IMG/VR virus record: IMGVR_UViG_3300017469_000055
Span: 1 to 7,612 of that record
DNA: 7,612 bases
Direction: 5' to 3' (one strand)
This document shows, one piece after another, positions 1 to 6,775 of this stretch. The notes beneath the pieces were generated by a model. It was not told where the DNA came from and ran no database searches. It was given only the letters and a program-made list of their open reading frames with translations. Both the position numbers and the translations under genes were made by a program. The stretch's first letter is position 1; each line of letters opens with the position of its first letter.

Positions 1-1
1 A

Positions 2-244
2 GAGATTTTTCTAGGAAATTTCTCAGTTAATGAACTAGATGATACTTGTTTTACTGAAGAAGATGATGATATAAAATTCAAGTATGCTAATGTATATCTG
101 CTTTACGATAAAATGTACAAATTAAAGATAATTTTTGATGGCAATCAGGAAAATGCGATGTATATTACTGAAGATGATGTAGGCGGATTAGATGTATTTA
201 AGAAATTGCTTAGTCTATATTTTAATTTAAAAAATCAAAGGTGA
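2..244 (+). CDS. 5'-truncated acidic hypothetical protein (C-terminal 80 aa: EIFLGNFSVNELDDTCFTEEDDDIKFKYANVYLLYDKMYKLKIIFDGNQENAMYITEDDVGGLDVFKKLLSLYFNLKNQR)
   Basis: Frame 2 is open from the window edge to TGA at 242-244. Codon usage is viral-like. The stop overlaps an AGGTGA Shine-Dalgarno (SD) for the next gene. Not in the ORF track. Confidence 0.75.
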   Translation, partial: EIFLGNFSVNELDDTCFTEEDDDIKFKYANVYLLYDKMYKLKIIFDGNQENAMYITEDDVGGLDVFKKLLSLYFNLKNQR

Positions 245-248
245 AAGT

Positions 249-419
249 ATGAGTTTTAATAGTATAACAGATATAGAAATACTTTTAATTTATACAGACG
301 TTCTTTTCTTTTCATTATTTCTGTATTTCATCTTACAATTAAGACAATTAATGAAAAAAATTGAGGAAGAAGAAATGTTAAAAATGTTAAAGAAAAAATA
401 TGAAAAAAGTGATAGATGA
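249..419 (+). CDS. 56-aa single-pass membrane protein (MSFNSITDIEILLIYTDVLFFSLFLYFILQLRQLMKKIEEEEMLKMLKKKYEKSDR)
   Basis: Manual translation. AGGTGA SD at 239-244 precedes the ATG at 249. Hydrophobic stretch at about aa 11-29, then a charged helical tail. Confidence 0.7.
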   Translation: MSFNSITDIEILLIYTDVLFFSLFLYFILQLRQLMKKIEEEEMLKMLKKKYEKSDR

Positions 420-539
420 ATGAAACGGGAAACATGGAGAGATATTAGAGATTTAATATGTGTTATTTCTGTTGATTTTACAATAAGTTTTCTTTTATAT
501 GTGATTCTAGAATATATTATAAATCACAAATTAATTTAA
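420..539 (+). CDS. 39-aa hydrophobic peptide (MKRETWRDIRDLICVISVDFTISFLLYVILEYIINHKLI)
   Basis: ATG directly follows the upstream TGA (translational coupling). One TM-length hydrophobic segment. The stop is followed at once by a T-tract. Confidence 0.55.
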   Translation: MKRETWRDIRDLICVISVDFTISFLLYVILEYIINHKLI

Positions 540-546
540 TTTTTTT
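540..546 (+). terminator. oligo-T archaeal terminator
   Basis: T7 run directly after the TAA of 420..539. Confidence 0.55.
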
Positions 547-580
547 ATAGAAACGATAAATCGATACGTAAAAGTTTATC

Positions 581-620
581 GAAAAATTTATAAATGTAAA
601 CTGACATAAATATAATTGAT
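581..620 (+). promoter_or_regulatory. BRE-TATA promoter of ORF 625..849
   Basis: GAAAAA then TTTATAAA (587-594). ATTGAT initiator-like element at 615-620, whose G is 24 nt after the TATA box. Confidence 0.65.
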
Positions 621-624
621 AAAA

Positions 625-849
625 ATGAGGTTCCAAGTTGTAAATGTTACATATCACAACTTTGTACAAGTAAAACAAAATGGAAATGTTGTTTACGCTA
701 AATGTACATGTTGCCAGAAACAAAGAATTGCTGTATATATACAGACAGAATCAAAAAGAATATTTTTCTTTTCAGGATATGATGAAAATATAGCAAACAT
801 GCATTTTTTAAGTTTGATTAAAAAACAAAGTTCACAAAATCAAGATTGA
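625..849 (+). CDS. 74-aa hypothetical protein with a CTCC cysteine cluster
   Basis: ORF track 616..849. The ATG at 625 is preferred over the TTG at 616, which lies in the predicted initiator. Has its own promoter and a T-tract terminator at 854-860. Confidence 0.7.
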   Translation: MRFQVVNVTYHNFVQVKQNGNVVYAKCTCCQKQRIAVYIQTESKRIFFFSGYDENIANMHFLSLIKKQSSQNQD

Positions 850-853
850 ACAC

Positions 854-860
854 TTTTTTT
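854..860 (+). terminator. oligo-T terminator
   Basis: T7 run 5 nt after the stop of 625..849, followed by a pyrimidine-rich tract. Confidence 0.55.
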
Positions 861-941
861 CCTACTCAATTTTTCTGATTTGGGTTACCCCTTTTCTCTT
901 CTATTTTTTTGGACTATTTTTCTCCTGTTTGTAATATTATT

Positions 942-962
942 TCTAAATTTGCGAAATTTAGA
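942..962. repeat. inverted repeat TCTAAATTT-GCG-AAATTTAGA (operator candidate)
   Basis: Perfect 9-bp arms with a 3-nt spacer, about 36 nt upstream of the TATA box of the wHTH gene. Confidence 0.6.
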
Positions 963-990
963 TAGCGTAAGATGTTAATGTAAACCTATA

Positions 991-1032
991 AAGAAAATTT
1001 TATATATAAAAGCTTACATATTATATATTGAT
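991..1032 (+). promoter_or_regulatory. BRE-TATA promoter of the wHTH gene
   Basis: AAGAAAA then TTTATATA (999-1006). ATTGAT at 1027-1032, with the same spacing as the 625 promoter. Confidence 0.6.
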
Positions 1033-1038
1033 GGCAAT

Positions 1039-1263
1039 ATGAGAGTAGGAAGAAAGGAACAAGAAATCTTAAATTATTTATCTACATTTCCTTGCGGAGT
1101 ATGGAAAGAAGATTTGATAAATAATTTTAGCTTTGCAAAACGTTATAACATGATATTAAATAAAAGATTGCAAAATATGGAAAAGAAAGGATTGATAATT
1201 ATAAAAACAGAAATAAATCCAGAAACTGGGAGACAGAAAAAACGTGTTTATTTAAGACAATAA
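1039..1263 (+). CDS. winged helix-turn-helix DNA-binding protein (74 aa)
   Basis: wHTH pattern: EQEILNYL ... EDLINNF ... LNKRLQNMEKKGLIII, plus wing TEINPETGRQKKRVYL. Confidence 0.75.
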   Translation: MRVGRKEQEILNYLSTFPCGVWKEDLINNFSFAKRYNMILNKRLQNMEKKGLIIIKTEINPETGRQKKRVYLRQ

Positions 1264-1271
1264 TTTTTTTT
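1264..1271 (+). terminator. oligo-T terminator between convergent genes
   Basis: T-run immediately after the TAA at 1261-1263. Confidence 0.5.
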
Positions 1272-1281
1272 CTTTTATAAA

Positions 1282-1614
1282 TTATTTTTTACTTTCCCAT
1301 AAAATTTCTAGTCCTTGAATTCTATCCCATGTTATTCTTACTTTCTTTAATGTTATTTTATCATGATTATGTAAATCTCCAACATCAAATTCTACATCTA
1401 AACTTGTTTTTAAGATATGTAAAAATTTAAAATCAATATTGTTTATCAGAAAATTCATTTCTACAAGATTATCAAAATCAGAAAATGATAAATCAATTAA
1501 TGTCAAATTAGTAATATGTATATCGTATAGATTGTTCTTATATTCATAATATCTAAATTGTAGATTATTCCTCCTTAGAAAATCAAAAAGAATTTTTGCA
1601 TCTTTTACTTTCAA
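1282..1614 (-). CDS. hypothetical protein (110 aa), coupled to thyX
   Basis: TTG start overlaps the thyX stop (TTGA). AGGTGA SD lies just upstream, inside the thyX 3' end. Confidence 0.75.
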   Translation of the reverse strand: MKVKDAKILFDFLRRNNLQFRYYEYKNNLYDIHITNLTLIDLSFSDFDNLVEMNFLINNIDFKFLHILKTSLDVEFDVGDLHNHDKITLKKVRITWDRIQGLEILWESKK

Positions 1615-2372
1615 AATTCTTCACCTTTTTTTGAATTTTGTATACATTTATAAATTCCTTCTTTTGGAACTCCTTCTATACATCTTTTCGATATAAACTC
1701 CGTCTTCTCGTTTATTGAGTCAAGAGTTATCGGCGTGACACGTATAAAGTTCTCATGAATTATACAATTAGGTCCAGCATAACGGAATAGTCTAGGATGT
1801 ACTTTCTTCACTTCTTCGAGCATCTTCCATGCTAATTGTCGAAGTTCCCACTGAGTTCTAGAACATAAACGTAAGGCAAAGAAGTTATAAAGTTCTCTAG
1901 CATTCATGGTAACGACAATATTTGTATTTATGCCGTTTGGTAGGACGTAACGAGCATCTTCTTCTGGTACACCGGCTTCTAGGAGTTCATAATAACGTTT
2001 ATATGAATCGCTATAAGCTTTTTCTACAATTTCTTTAGCTCTTTTTTCTGTAGATGACGGTATAATTGGCTGATAATATTCTTCAATTGGTTTAGCAAAT
2101 CTATGACTCATTTGAGTATATGATGCAATTCTATGTCTTACAAGTTGATGTGAAACAACTCTAGAAATTCCTTCAATTGAGAAAGTGTATACGCTGTGTT
2201 CAAGTACAGACCAATATCCATGAATTATAGCATCAGATATCCATAGTTCTATTTCATCATCTGTCATTTTTTCTTTATGATATTCCCATCCTTTTCTTGA
2301 CCTACTCATTTTTGATGCAATAGCAATAACTTTTTCTCCGTCTGGAGTATATGAAACTAAAGTAACTTTCAT
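1611..2372 (-). CDS. thyX: FAD-dependent thymidylate synthase ThyX (253 aa)
   Basis: ThyX signature [13 protein letters not shown], plus [17 protein letters not shown] and [13 protein letters not shown]. The ATG at 2372 has an AGGAG SD upstream; the ORF-track start at 2381 is a GTG overlapping that SD. Confidence 0.95.
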   Translation of the reverse strand: MKVTLVSYTPDGEKVIAIASKMSRSRKGWEYHKEKMTDDEIELWISDAIIHGYWSVLEHSVYTFSIEGISRVVSHQLVRHRIASYTQMSHRFAKPIEEYYQPIIPSSTEKRAKEIVEKAYSDSYKRYYELLEAGVPEEDARYVLPNGINTNIVVTMNARELYNFFALRLCSRTQWELRQLAWKMLEEVKKVHPRLFRYAGPNCIIHENFIRVTPITLDSINEKTEFISKRCIEGVPKEGIYKCIQNSKKGEEF

Positions 2373-2384
2373 TTTTAACACTCC

Positions 2385-2588
2385 TTATCTCCTCAATTTA
2401 GGACCTTTTTCTACCTTAATTTGTAAATTTTCCTCATTTTTCTTTTCTTCGTCGAAAAGTTTGTTTAACGCTAGTCTAATAACTTCGCCTTTTGACATTC
2501 TATGTTTTAGTCTATAGGCTTCTAGTTGTTCATACATATCTTCATCTATCTTAAACGTTACTACAATATTGCAAACTTTAGCACACAT
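2385..2588 (-). CDS. ribbon-helix-helix (CopG/aCcr1-like) transcription regulator (67 aa)
   Basis: VVTFKIDEDMYEQLEAYRLKHRMSKGEVIRLALNKL fits an RHH fold. C-terminal KVEK tail. Confidence 0.85.
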   Translation of the reverse strand: MCAKVCNIVVTFKIDEDMYEQLEAYRLKHRMSKGEVIRLALNKLFDEEKKNEENLQIKVEKGPKLRR

Positions 2589-2867
2589 TTAAACCACCAC
2601 ATCAAACTTCTTTACAATTACCATTTTTCCTATTGTCACGCTAACAGTATATTGTTTTTCATTTGTCAATTTGTTTATTCTAATTTCAAAATAGAAAGTT
2701 TTATTTCTTATTTCTAAATATCCCTTAATAATGTTATCTTTTTTTGTATAAAATAATATTTCAAATTTTTCTAAAAAATTCACAGTTTTGTGTAATAAAA
2801 TTTCTATATCTTCTTTTTCTATTTCTTGTACTATATTTACTATTTCTTGAAATGTATTTTGTGCCAT
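2589..2867 (-). CDS. rudivirus-type hypothetical protein (92 aa)
   Basis: ORF track 2589..2876. The ATG at 2867 is preferred over the TTG at 2876. The stop abuts the RHH start. Own TATA+GTC promoter at about 2890-2905. Confidence 0.75.
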   Translation of the reverse strand: MAQNTFQEIVNIVQEIEKEDIEILLHKTVNFLEKFEILFYTKKDNIIKGYLEIRNKTFYFEIRINKLTNEKQYTVSVTIGKMVIVKKFDVVV

Positions 2868-2962
2868 ATTTCTCAATAAAAATGTTGTGTTATGACAAAT
2901 AAAAAGGTTTTTAAATTTGCATTTTCCATGACGAATATGTCATATTAATAATATAAGGAATA

Positions 2963-3604
2963 TTACTTTTTGTCAGTTGATTGTAAATAATCCAAAACAG
3001 AACCAGAACATTTAGATTTAAAATCACAATTTTTACATAAATAATTGTTAGCTCCTGGAATGTTTTTATAATCTGTTAGTTTCAAATATTCTTTAAATTT
3101 CTTAATCCAATCTATAGCTTTTTGAATATATTCTTCTAATACATTTTTCTCAATTTGAAATTGTTTAACTTCTCTATTTATTCTATTTAAATATATGATA
3201 TAAACATTATCAATTTTGTAATTTTGTTGTTGTAAAAGATGATAATATATTGCAATTTGGTATAAATGATATTCTTTGATATTAAAATAATTGTTGGAAA
3301 TTGTTTTTATTTCTAGTAAATCGTTTCCACAAATCAAGTCTATTCTACCAGAAATTTTTAGACCTTCTATTTCTCCTTTTACCTCTATCTCTGATTTACA
3401 TCCTAATTTCTCAGTAAAATAGTTCTCTATTCTCAAATGATGTTGTTCTCCAAGCTCCAAAGTAAGTTCATTTATTCCTTTTTCAAATTCAAATTTCCTA
3501 GAGAAATATGACTTTCTGAAACATATTCCAACTTCAGAAGGAAAAACTAAGTCTTCTGGATATTTTATTTTGAAACTTTGTCTAACTAAATCTTCGTAAT
3601 TCAT
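2963..3604 (-). CDS. cas4: Cas4-like RecB-family nuclease with four Fe-S cysteines (SIRV2 gp19-like, 213 aa)
   Basis: N-terminal PSEVGIC, RecB motifs GRIDL / LEIKT / QIAIY and C-terminal [10 protein letters not shown]. The ATG at 3604 has a GGTGA SD. No CRISPR context, so this is a solo viral Cas4. Confidence 0.92.
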   Translation of the reverse strand: MNYEDLVRQSFKIKYPEDLVFPSEVGICFRKSYFSRKFEFEKGINELTLELGEQHHLRIENYFTEKLGCKSEIEVKGEIEGLKISGRIDLICGNDLLEIKTISNNYFNIKEYHLYQIAIYYHLLQQQNYKIDNVYIIYLNRINREVKQFQIEKNVLEEYIQKAIDWIKKFKEYLKLTDYKNIPGANNYLCKNCDFKSKCSGSVLDYLQSTDKK

Positions 3605-3606
3605 TC

Positions 3607-4914
3607 TCACTCACCTAAATTTGAAAATCTCATGAAATTGATGATTTGACTACAAATTTCTTCCTTCGTTCTCTGTCCAATTTGTATATCTATGTCAAGA
3701 GCCTGTAAGAGTATTTGTATATCTATTGCCTGTTCTTGTCTTCTAGATTCTAAGTTATCACAAATTACATAGTTATTTATACTGTTTATCTTCTGCTGAA
3801 TTAGTTCTACTAGAGCTTTCAGAATTGACGGATATAGAACTCTGGAATTTACAATTTTTTCATAAGTCTTTTTAATTGCTAATTGTATAATATGAATTCT
3901 GTCGAGAATTGCAGAAGTAAAAATTTGATAGTTTACAAGATAATCTTCTACATCTGGAGTTCTTAATCTGTTTAGAGTCATAGAATATGGATTTCCAGCG
4001 TAAATAATCGGTATACATTTCTGAATAGTTGAGGATTTTGATTCTGTTCCAGCTCCTCTGGTCCAGACACAATTTTCCAGACCAGTTGAAAGAGTGGCAT
4101 TTATTGCTCCTAATTCTTTTATGGAATATCCATCTTTCCAATTCTGAATTTCATCAAATATCAAACCATTTGACAAAAACACTGCACCATACATATTATT
4201 TCTGGCGTCATATACTAGATTTGCATATGTTGGAGTTTCTGTATAATAACGGAAATTAAATACTTCTTGTAGTATCATGAAAGTTGTAGTTTTTCCAGTT
4301 CCACGATTAGAAATTTCTATATAATTTATTTGTCTTTTCGTAATTGGGGATTTAAATAATGGGAATAATCTAGGAAGATATAGAAAGATATCTTGGATTT
4401 CCATTTTAGATGGGTCGTATCCGAAAGCTTGGAGTAGAAGAGCATATGTTTGATGTTCTTGATTAGCTAGGTCAAAAAGTTCTTTAGCAATTTCATAATT
4501 ATTCGGTGGTTCTATAGAATAAATATCGTTAATATACCATCCGTTAGACCCTTTTCTTATTTTCACAAACATAAAAGAAGTTATTAAATTATAGAAATCA
4601 TCAGGATTATCTGCTATATAATGTGGGTCAAAACTTGCTATAAACCCATTTTGAAATCTAGCAATTATTTTGTCATTTTTTACTTTAAAATTTGTTATTT
4701 TAGAGATAAATTTTATATCATCATAATATGGCAAAGTTGCTGAAAAATATTGTTGGTCTATTCCGCGTTTATAAGCTTTAAGAATTTCAATCTTTTTCTT
4801 ATCATCAATTTGTTTACCAGAAAGAATTATATTGAGAACTCTTTCTGTATCTCTCGGATTATAAAAAAAAGAATGTTCTTTAACTTTTTCAAGGAATTGG
4901 AAATTCCCATCCAT
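3607..4914 (-). CDS. AAA+ ATPase / putative helicase (SIRV2 gp18/ORF436-like; Lon/BrxL-type ATPase domain)
   Basis: Walker [10 protein letters not shown], Walker B LIFDE, sensor IIYAGN, Arg finger AILDRIH. Lies between SSB and Cas4, as in rudiviruses. Confidence 0.88.
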   Translation of the reverse strand: MDGNFQFLEKVKEHSFFYNPRDTERVLNIILSGKQIDDKKKIEILKAYKRGIDQQYFSATLPYYDDIKFISKITNFKVKNDKIIARFQNGFIASFDPHYIADNPDDFYNLITSFMFVKIRKGSNGWYINDIYSIEPPNNYEIAKELFDLANQEHQTYALLLQAFGYDPSKMEIQDIFLYLPRLFPLFKSPITKRQINYIEISNRGTGKTTTFMILQEVFNFRYYTETPTYANLVYDARNNMYGAVFLSNGLIFDEIQNWKDGYSIKELGAINATLSTGLENCVWTRGAGTESKSSTIQKCIPIIYAGNPYSMTLNRLRTPDVEDYLVNYQIFTSAILDRIHIIQLAIKKTYEKIVNSRVLYPSILKALVELIQQKINSINNYVICDNLESRRQEQAIDIQILLQALDIDIQIGQRTKEEICSQIINFMRFSNLGE

Positions 4915-4939
4915 AAAAAAAATGGTATCTTATGACATT

Positions 4940-5353
4940 TTAAAATTCATCTTCAACATTCTTCTTACTTTGTTTCTTTTGTGATTTCTCTTGTTTTTGT
5001 TCATCTTGTTCTTCTTCTTCTGTATTTTCAAGTTCTAATTCTTCCTCTCTTACATTATTTCCATTTCTAGGAGAAAATTTTACATATTCGTTAAGTAAAT
5101 CTGCATATTTAGATAGGAATTCACTGATTAATCTCAAATCTTCTGCATCATTTGCTGTAATTCCTATCTGTTTCCTATAGTTTGCTTGTGAATGAATTGT
5201 CATGGAATATCTTACTTTTCCATTCTCTGGTATAGCGTTTAATTGTACTACAATTCTTTTTATACCTTTTATCTTTAGAATTCTTGAAACAATTTTGTTT
5301 TGTTCTTTAGCTTGTTTACCTAACTCATCTATTATTTCTTTTAGGGACGCCAT
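4940..5353 (-). CDS. rudiviral single-stranded DNA-binding protein (SIRV2 gp17/ORF131-like)
   Basis: MASLKEIIDELGKQAKEQNKIVSRILKIKGIKRIVVQLNA N-terminus. Disordered acidic tail ending EDEF. Conserved position upstream of the ATPase and Cas4. Confidence 0.85.
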   Translation of the reverse strand: MASLKEIIDELGKQAKEQNKIVSRILKIKGIKRIVVQLNAIPENGKVRYSMTIHSQANYRKQIGITANDAEDLRLISEFLSKYADLLNEYVKFSPRNGNNVREEELELENTEEEEQDEQKQEKSQKKQSKKNVEDEF

Positions 5354-5513
5354 TTACATCCCCTAATTAAAATATTATATTATGACAAATTTAAATATTA
5401 ACAAACTTATAAGTTAGCATATTTTTCAATATTTTTATTATAAACACAAAAATCAATATACATTATATTTTGAATATTTGAGTTGAGAATTGAGAGATAA
5501 AAGAAAAAAAGAT

Positions 5514-5786
5514 TTAGAGTAACTTAAAGAATAGAGACCTTATCAGCCTTGGTATTTTTGTATTATATTTTCTAGCTAATTGTTCTAATTTGTCGTAGTA
5601 TAATTCGTCTACTGTAAAAAACGCTCTGCCGTCATAAACTTCTTGTTTTTCAATTAGACTGAATTCAGTTTGTTGAGAAAATATTTTATCTATTTCTTGT
5701 TTGATTTGTTCTCTTTTTTCATAAAAAATAGATTGATATTTATGTGGAATTCTTACCTCAATATATTTATTTCTTTGTCTTCTCAT
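5514..5786 (-). CDS. putative tandem RHH DNA-binding protein (90 aa)
   Basis: C-terminal half RAFFTVDELYYDKLEQLARKYNTKIPRLIRSLF is RHH-like. N-terminal half YIEVRIPHKYQ has a similar beta-strand pattern. AGGAG SD upstream, A-run (T on minus strand) at 5504-5510 downstream. Confidence 0.65.
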   Translation of the reverse strand: MRRQRNKYIEVRIPHKYQSIFYEKREQIKQEIDKIFSQQTEFSLIEKQEVYDGRAFFTVDELYYDKLEQLARKYNTKIPRLIRSLFFKLL

Positions 5787-5857
5787 ATTTTTTTATACTC
5801 CTAACCTTGATATAAACGTGACATATACATTTAAATGTCAGATTTTCATTTACATTC

Positions 5858-6205
5858 ATGGACTGTAAAAAAGTTTTTAACTATCACTTTCTTTACAGTT
5901 ATACTTATTTTATTACAATTTCTACGAATTATCGATATGGAGATACAACAAAAATCTATAAAAAATTTCGGCAATATGTCTATAATCATGACTCAGATTC
6001 ACATGTTTTTTCTGTGAAAGAATATACAACAAAATTCCATGGGCTACATTATCATGTTCTCGTTTTTACGAATAAGAAACTTGATTATTCCAGAGTTCAT
6101 AAACATATGCCTTCTCATAGTGACATAAATATACAATTGGTTCCAAAAACAAAAAAAGATATAAAAAAAGTTTTAACTTATATGTTAAAAAATCAAAATG
6201 TCTAG
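5858..6205 (+). CDS. rep: HUH-endonuclease replication initiator Rep (SIRV1 ORF119-like)
   Basis: Motif I FITIST, motif II GLHYHVLV, motif III TYMLK with the catalytic Tyr. 115 aa, with no helicase domain. Confidence 0.92.
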   Translation: MDCKKVFNYHFLYSYTYFITISTNYRYGDTTKIYKKFRQYVYNHDSDSHVFSVKEYTTKFHGLHYHVLVFTNKKLDYSRVHKHMPSHSDINIQLVPKTKKDIKKVLTYMLKNQNV

Positions 6206-6206
6206 A

Positions 6207-6503
6207 TTATTTAGATGCTGAAGTTTGTGAATTTGTATTTTGTTCTGCTTTCTTTTGTGCTAATGAATTTACATCTCTAAGCGTATCCATATTCAGAAGT
6301 GAATTTATTCCAAGTGTAGTGGTATCTTTTAAACTTTCTGCAGTTACAATTGTAGATTTTGTCATTTGGTCGATAGCAGTTCTGAATGCCTCGTTTGTTT
6401 GTTTTTCGTTATAAAGATGTATTACTTCTCCGATTATATAACTCGTTACTAATGCTCCCATCAATACTAGAAATCCTTCATACGCATATGTTATTACAGT
6501 CAT
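6207..6503 (-). CDS. pvap: virus-associated pyramid protein PVAP (SIRV2 P98 / STIV C92 family), 98 aa
   Basis: From the ATG at 6503: N-terminal TM segment (FLVLMGALVTSYIIGEVI), then HLYNEKQ..AIDQMTKST..KDTT.GIN.LLNMDTLRDVNSLA, closely matching P98 as recalled. The ORF-track extension to 6629 is spurious. Confidence 0.92.
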   Translation of the reverse strand: MTVITYAYEGFLVLMGALVTSYIIGEVIHLYNEKQTNEAFRTAIDQMTKSTIVTAESLKDTTTLGINSLLNMDTLRDVNSLAQKKAEQNTNSQTSASK

Positions 6504-6601
6504 TTCAATTTTATATTGAACAAATTGCTTAGTAATAAATTTTCCGCAAAAATTCGAAACATATAAATATGTCATAATAAATATACATAAATTGATAAAA
6601 A
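6504..6601. promoter_or_regulatory. divergent promoter region pvap / svtR
   Basis: Minus strand: GGAAAA+TTTATTA (TATA at 6533-6539) and ATTGAA just before the pvap ATG. Plus strand: TATAAATA (6562-6569), TGTCATAA (6570-6577) and ATTGAT (6591-6596). Confidence 0.65.
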
Positions 6602-6775
6602 ATGACGGAAAAAATAAAATCTGAACCAAAATCAGAAAAAGTGGTTTTTGGAATAAATATGGACAGAAATCTCAAAATCAAACTAAAGAAATATTGTGCT
6701 GAACAAGATATAACAATTACAGAAGCTATAGAAACAGCAATTAAAGAATATCTAGAAAAGAGAGGAGTAAAATGA
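6602..6775 (+). CDS. svtR: SvtR-like RHH transcriptional repressor (57 aa: MTEKIKSEPKSEKVVFGINMDRNLKIKLKKYCAEQDITITEAIETAIKEYLEKRGVK)
   Basis: Manual translation, below the ORF-track cutoff. The VFGIxMD..LK..LK.YCA......AIE.AIKEYL.KR pattern matches SIRV1 SvtR (ORF56b) as recalled. Confidence 0.88.
   Translation: MTEKIKSEPKSEKVVFGINMDRNLKIKLKKYCAEQDITITEAIETAIKEYLEKRGVK

Noticed and set aside
517-723. 68-aa minus-strand ORF
   Set aside because: Antisense to ORF 625..849 and its promoter. Composition is typical of a shadow frame.
851-940. Pyrimidine-rich tract with GGGTTACCC mini-palindrome as a possible ncRNA or minus-strand ORF
   Set aside because: No start codon for the open minus-strand frame, and the stem is too short. 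Best explained as terminator region.
2526-2717. 63-aa plus-strand ORF
   Set aside because: Antisense shadow of two well-supported genes.
2963-3604. CRISPR-Cas locus suggested by cas4
   Set aside because: No repeats, spacers or other cas genes were seen. Solo Cas4 is a known rudiviral core gene.
3872-4259. ORFs 3872..4141 (-) and 4029..4259 (+)
   Set aside because: Nested in the AAA+ ATPase, with no motifs or expression signals.
4750-4935. 61-aa plus-strand ORF
   Set aside because: Antisense to the ATPase 5' end.
5835-6017. 60-aa alternative-frame ORF over rep
   Set aside because: The ATG lies within the TATA/GTC promoter element, upstream of the predicted TSS, and the ORF overlaps rep.
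5858-6205. IS200/IS605 TnpA transposase or plasmid origin
   Set aside because: HUH motifs and gene context fit rudiviral Rep. No tnpB, terminal hairpins or nick-site structure were seen.
6504-6629. N-terminal 42-aa extension of PVAP in the ORF track
   Set aside because: Runs through the divergent promoters and the svtR start. The ATG at 6503 gives the canonical 98 aa.
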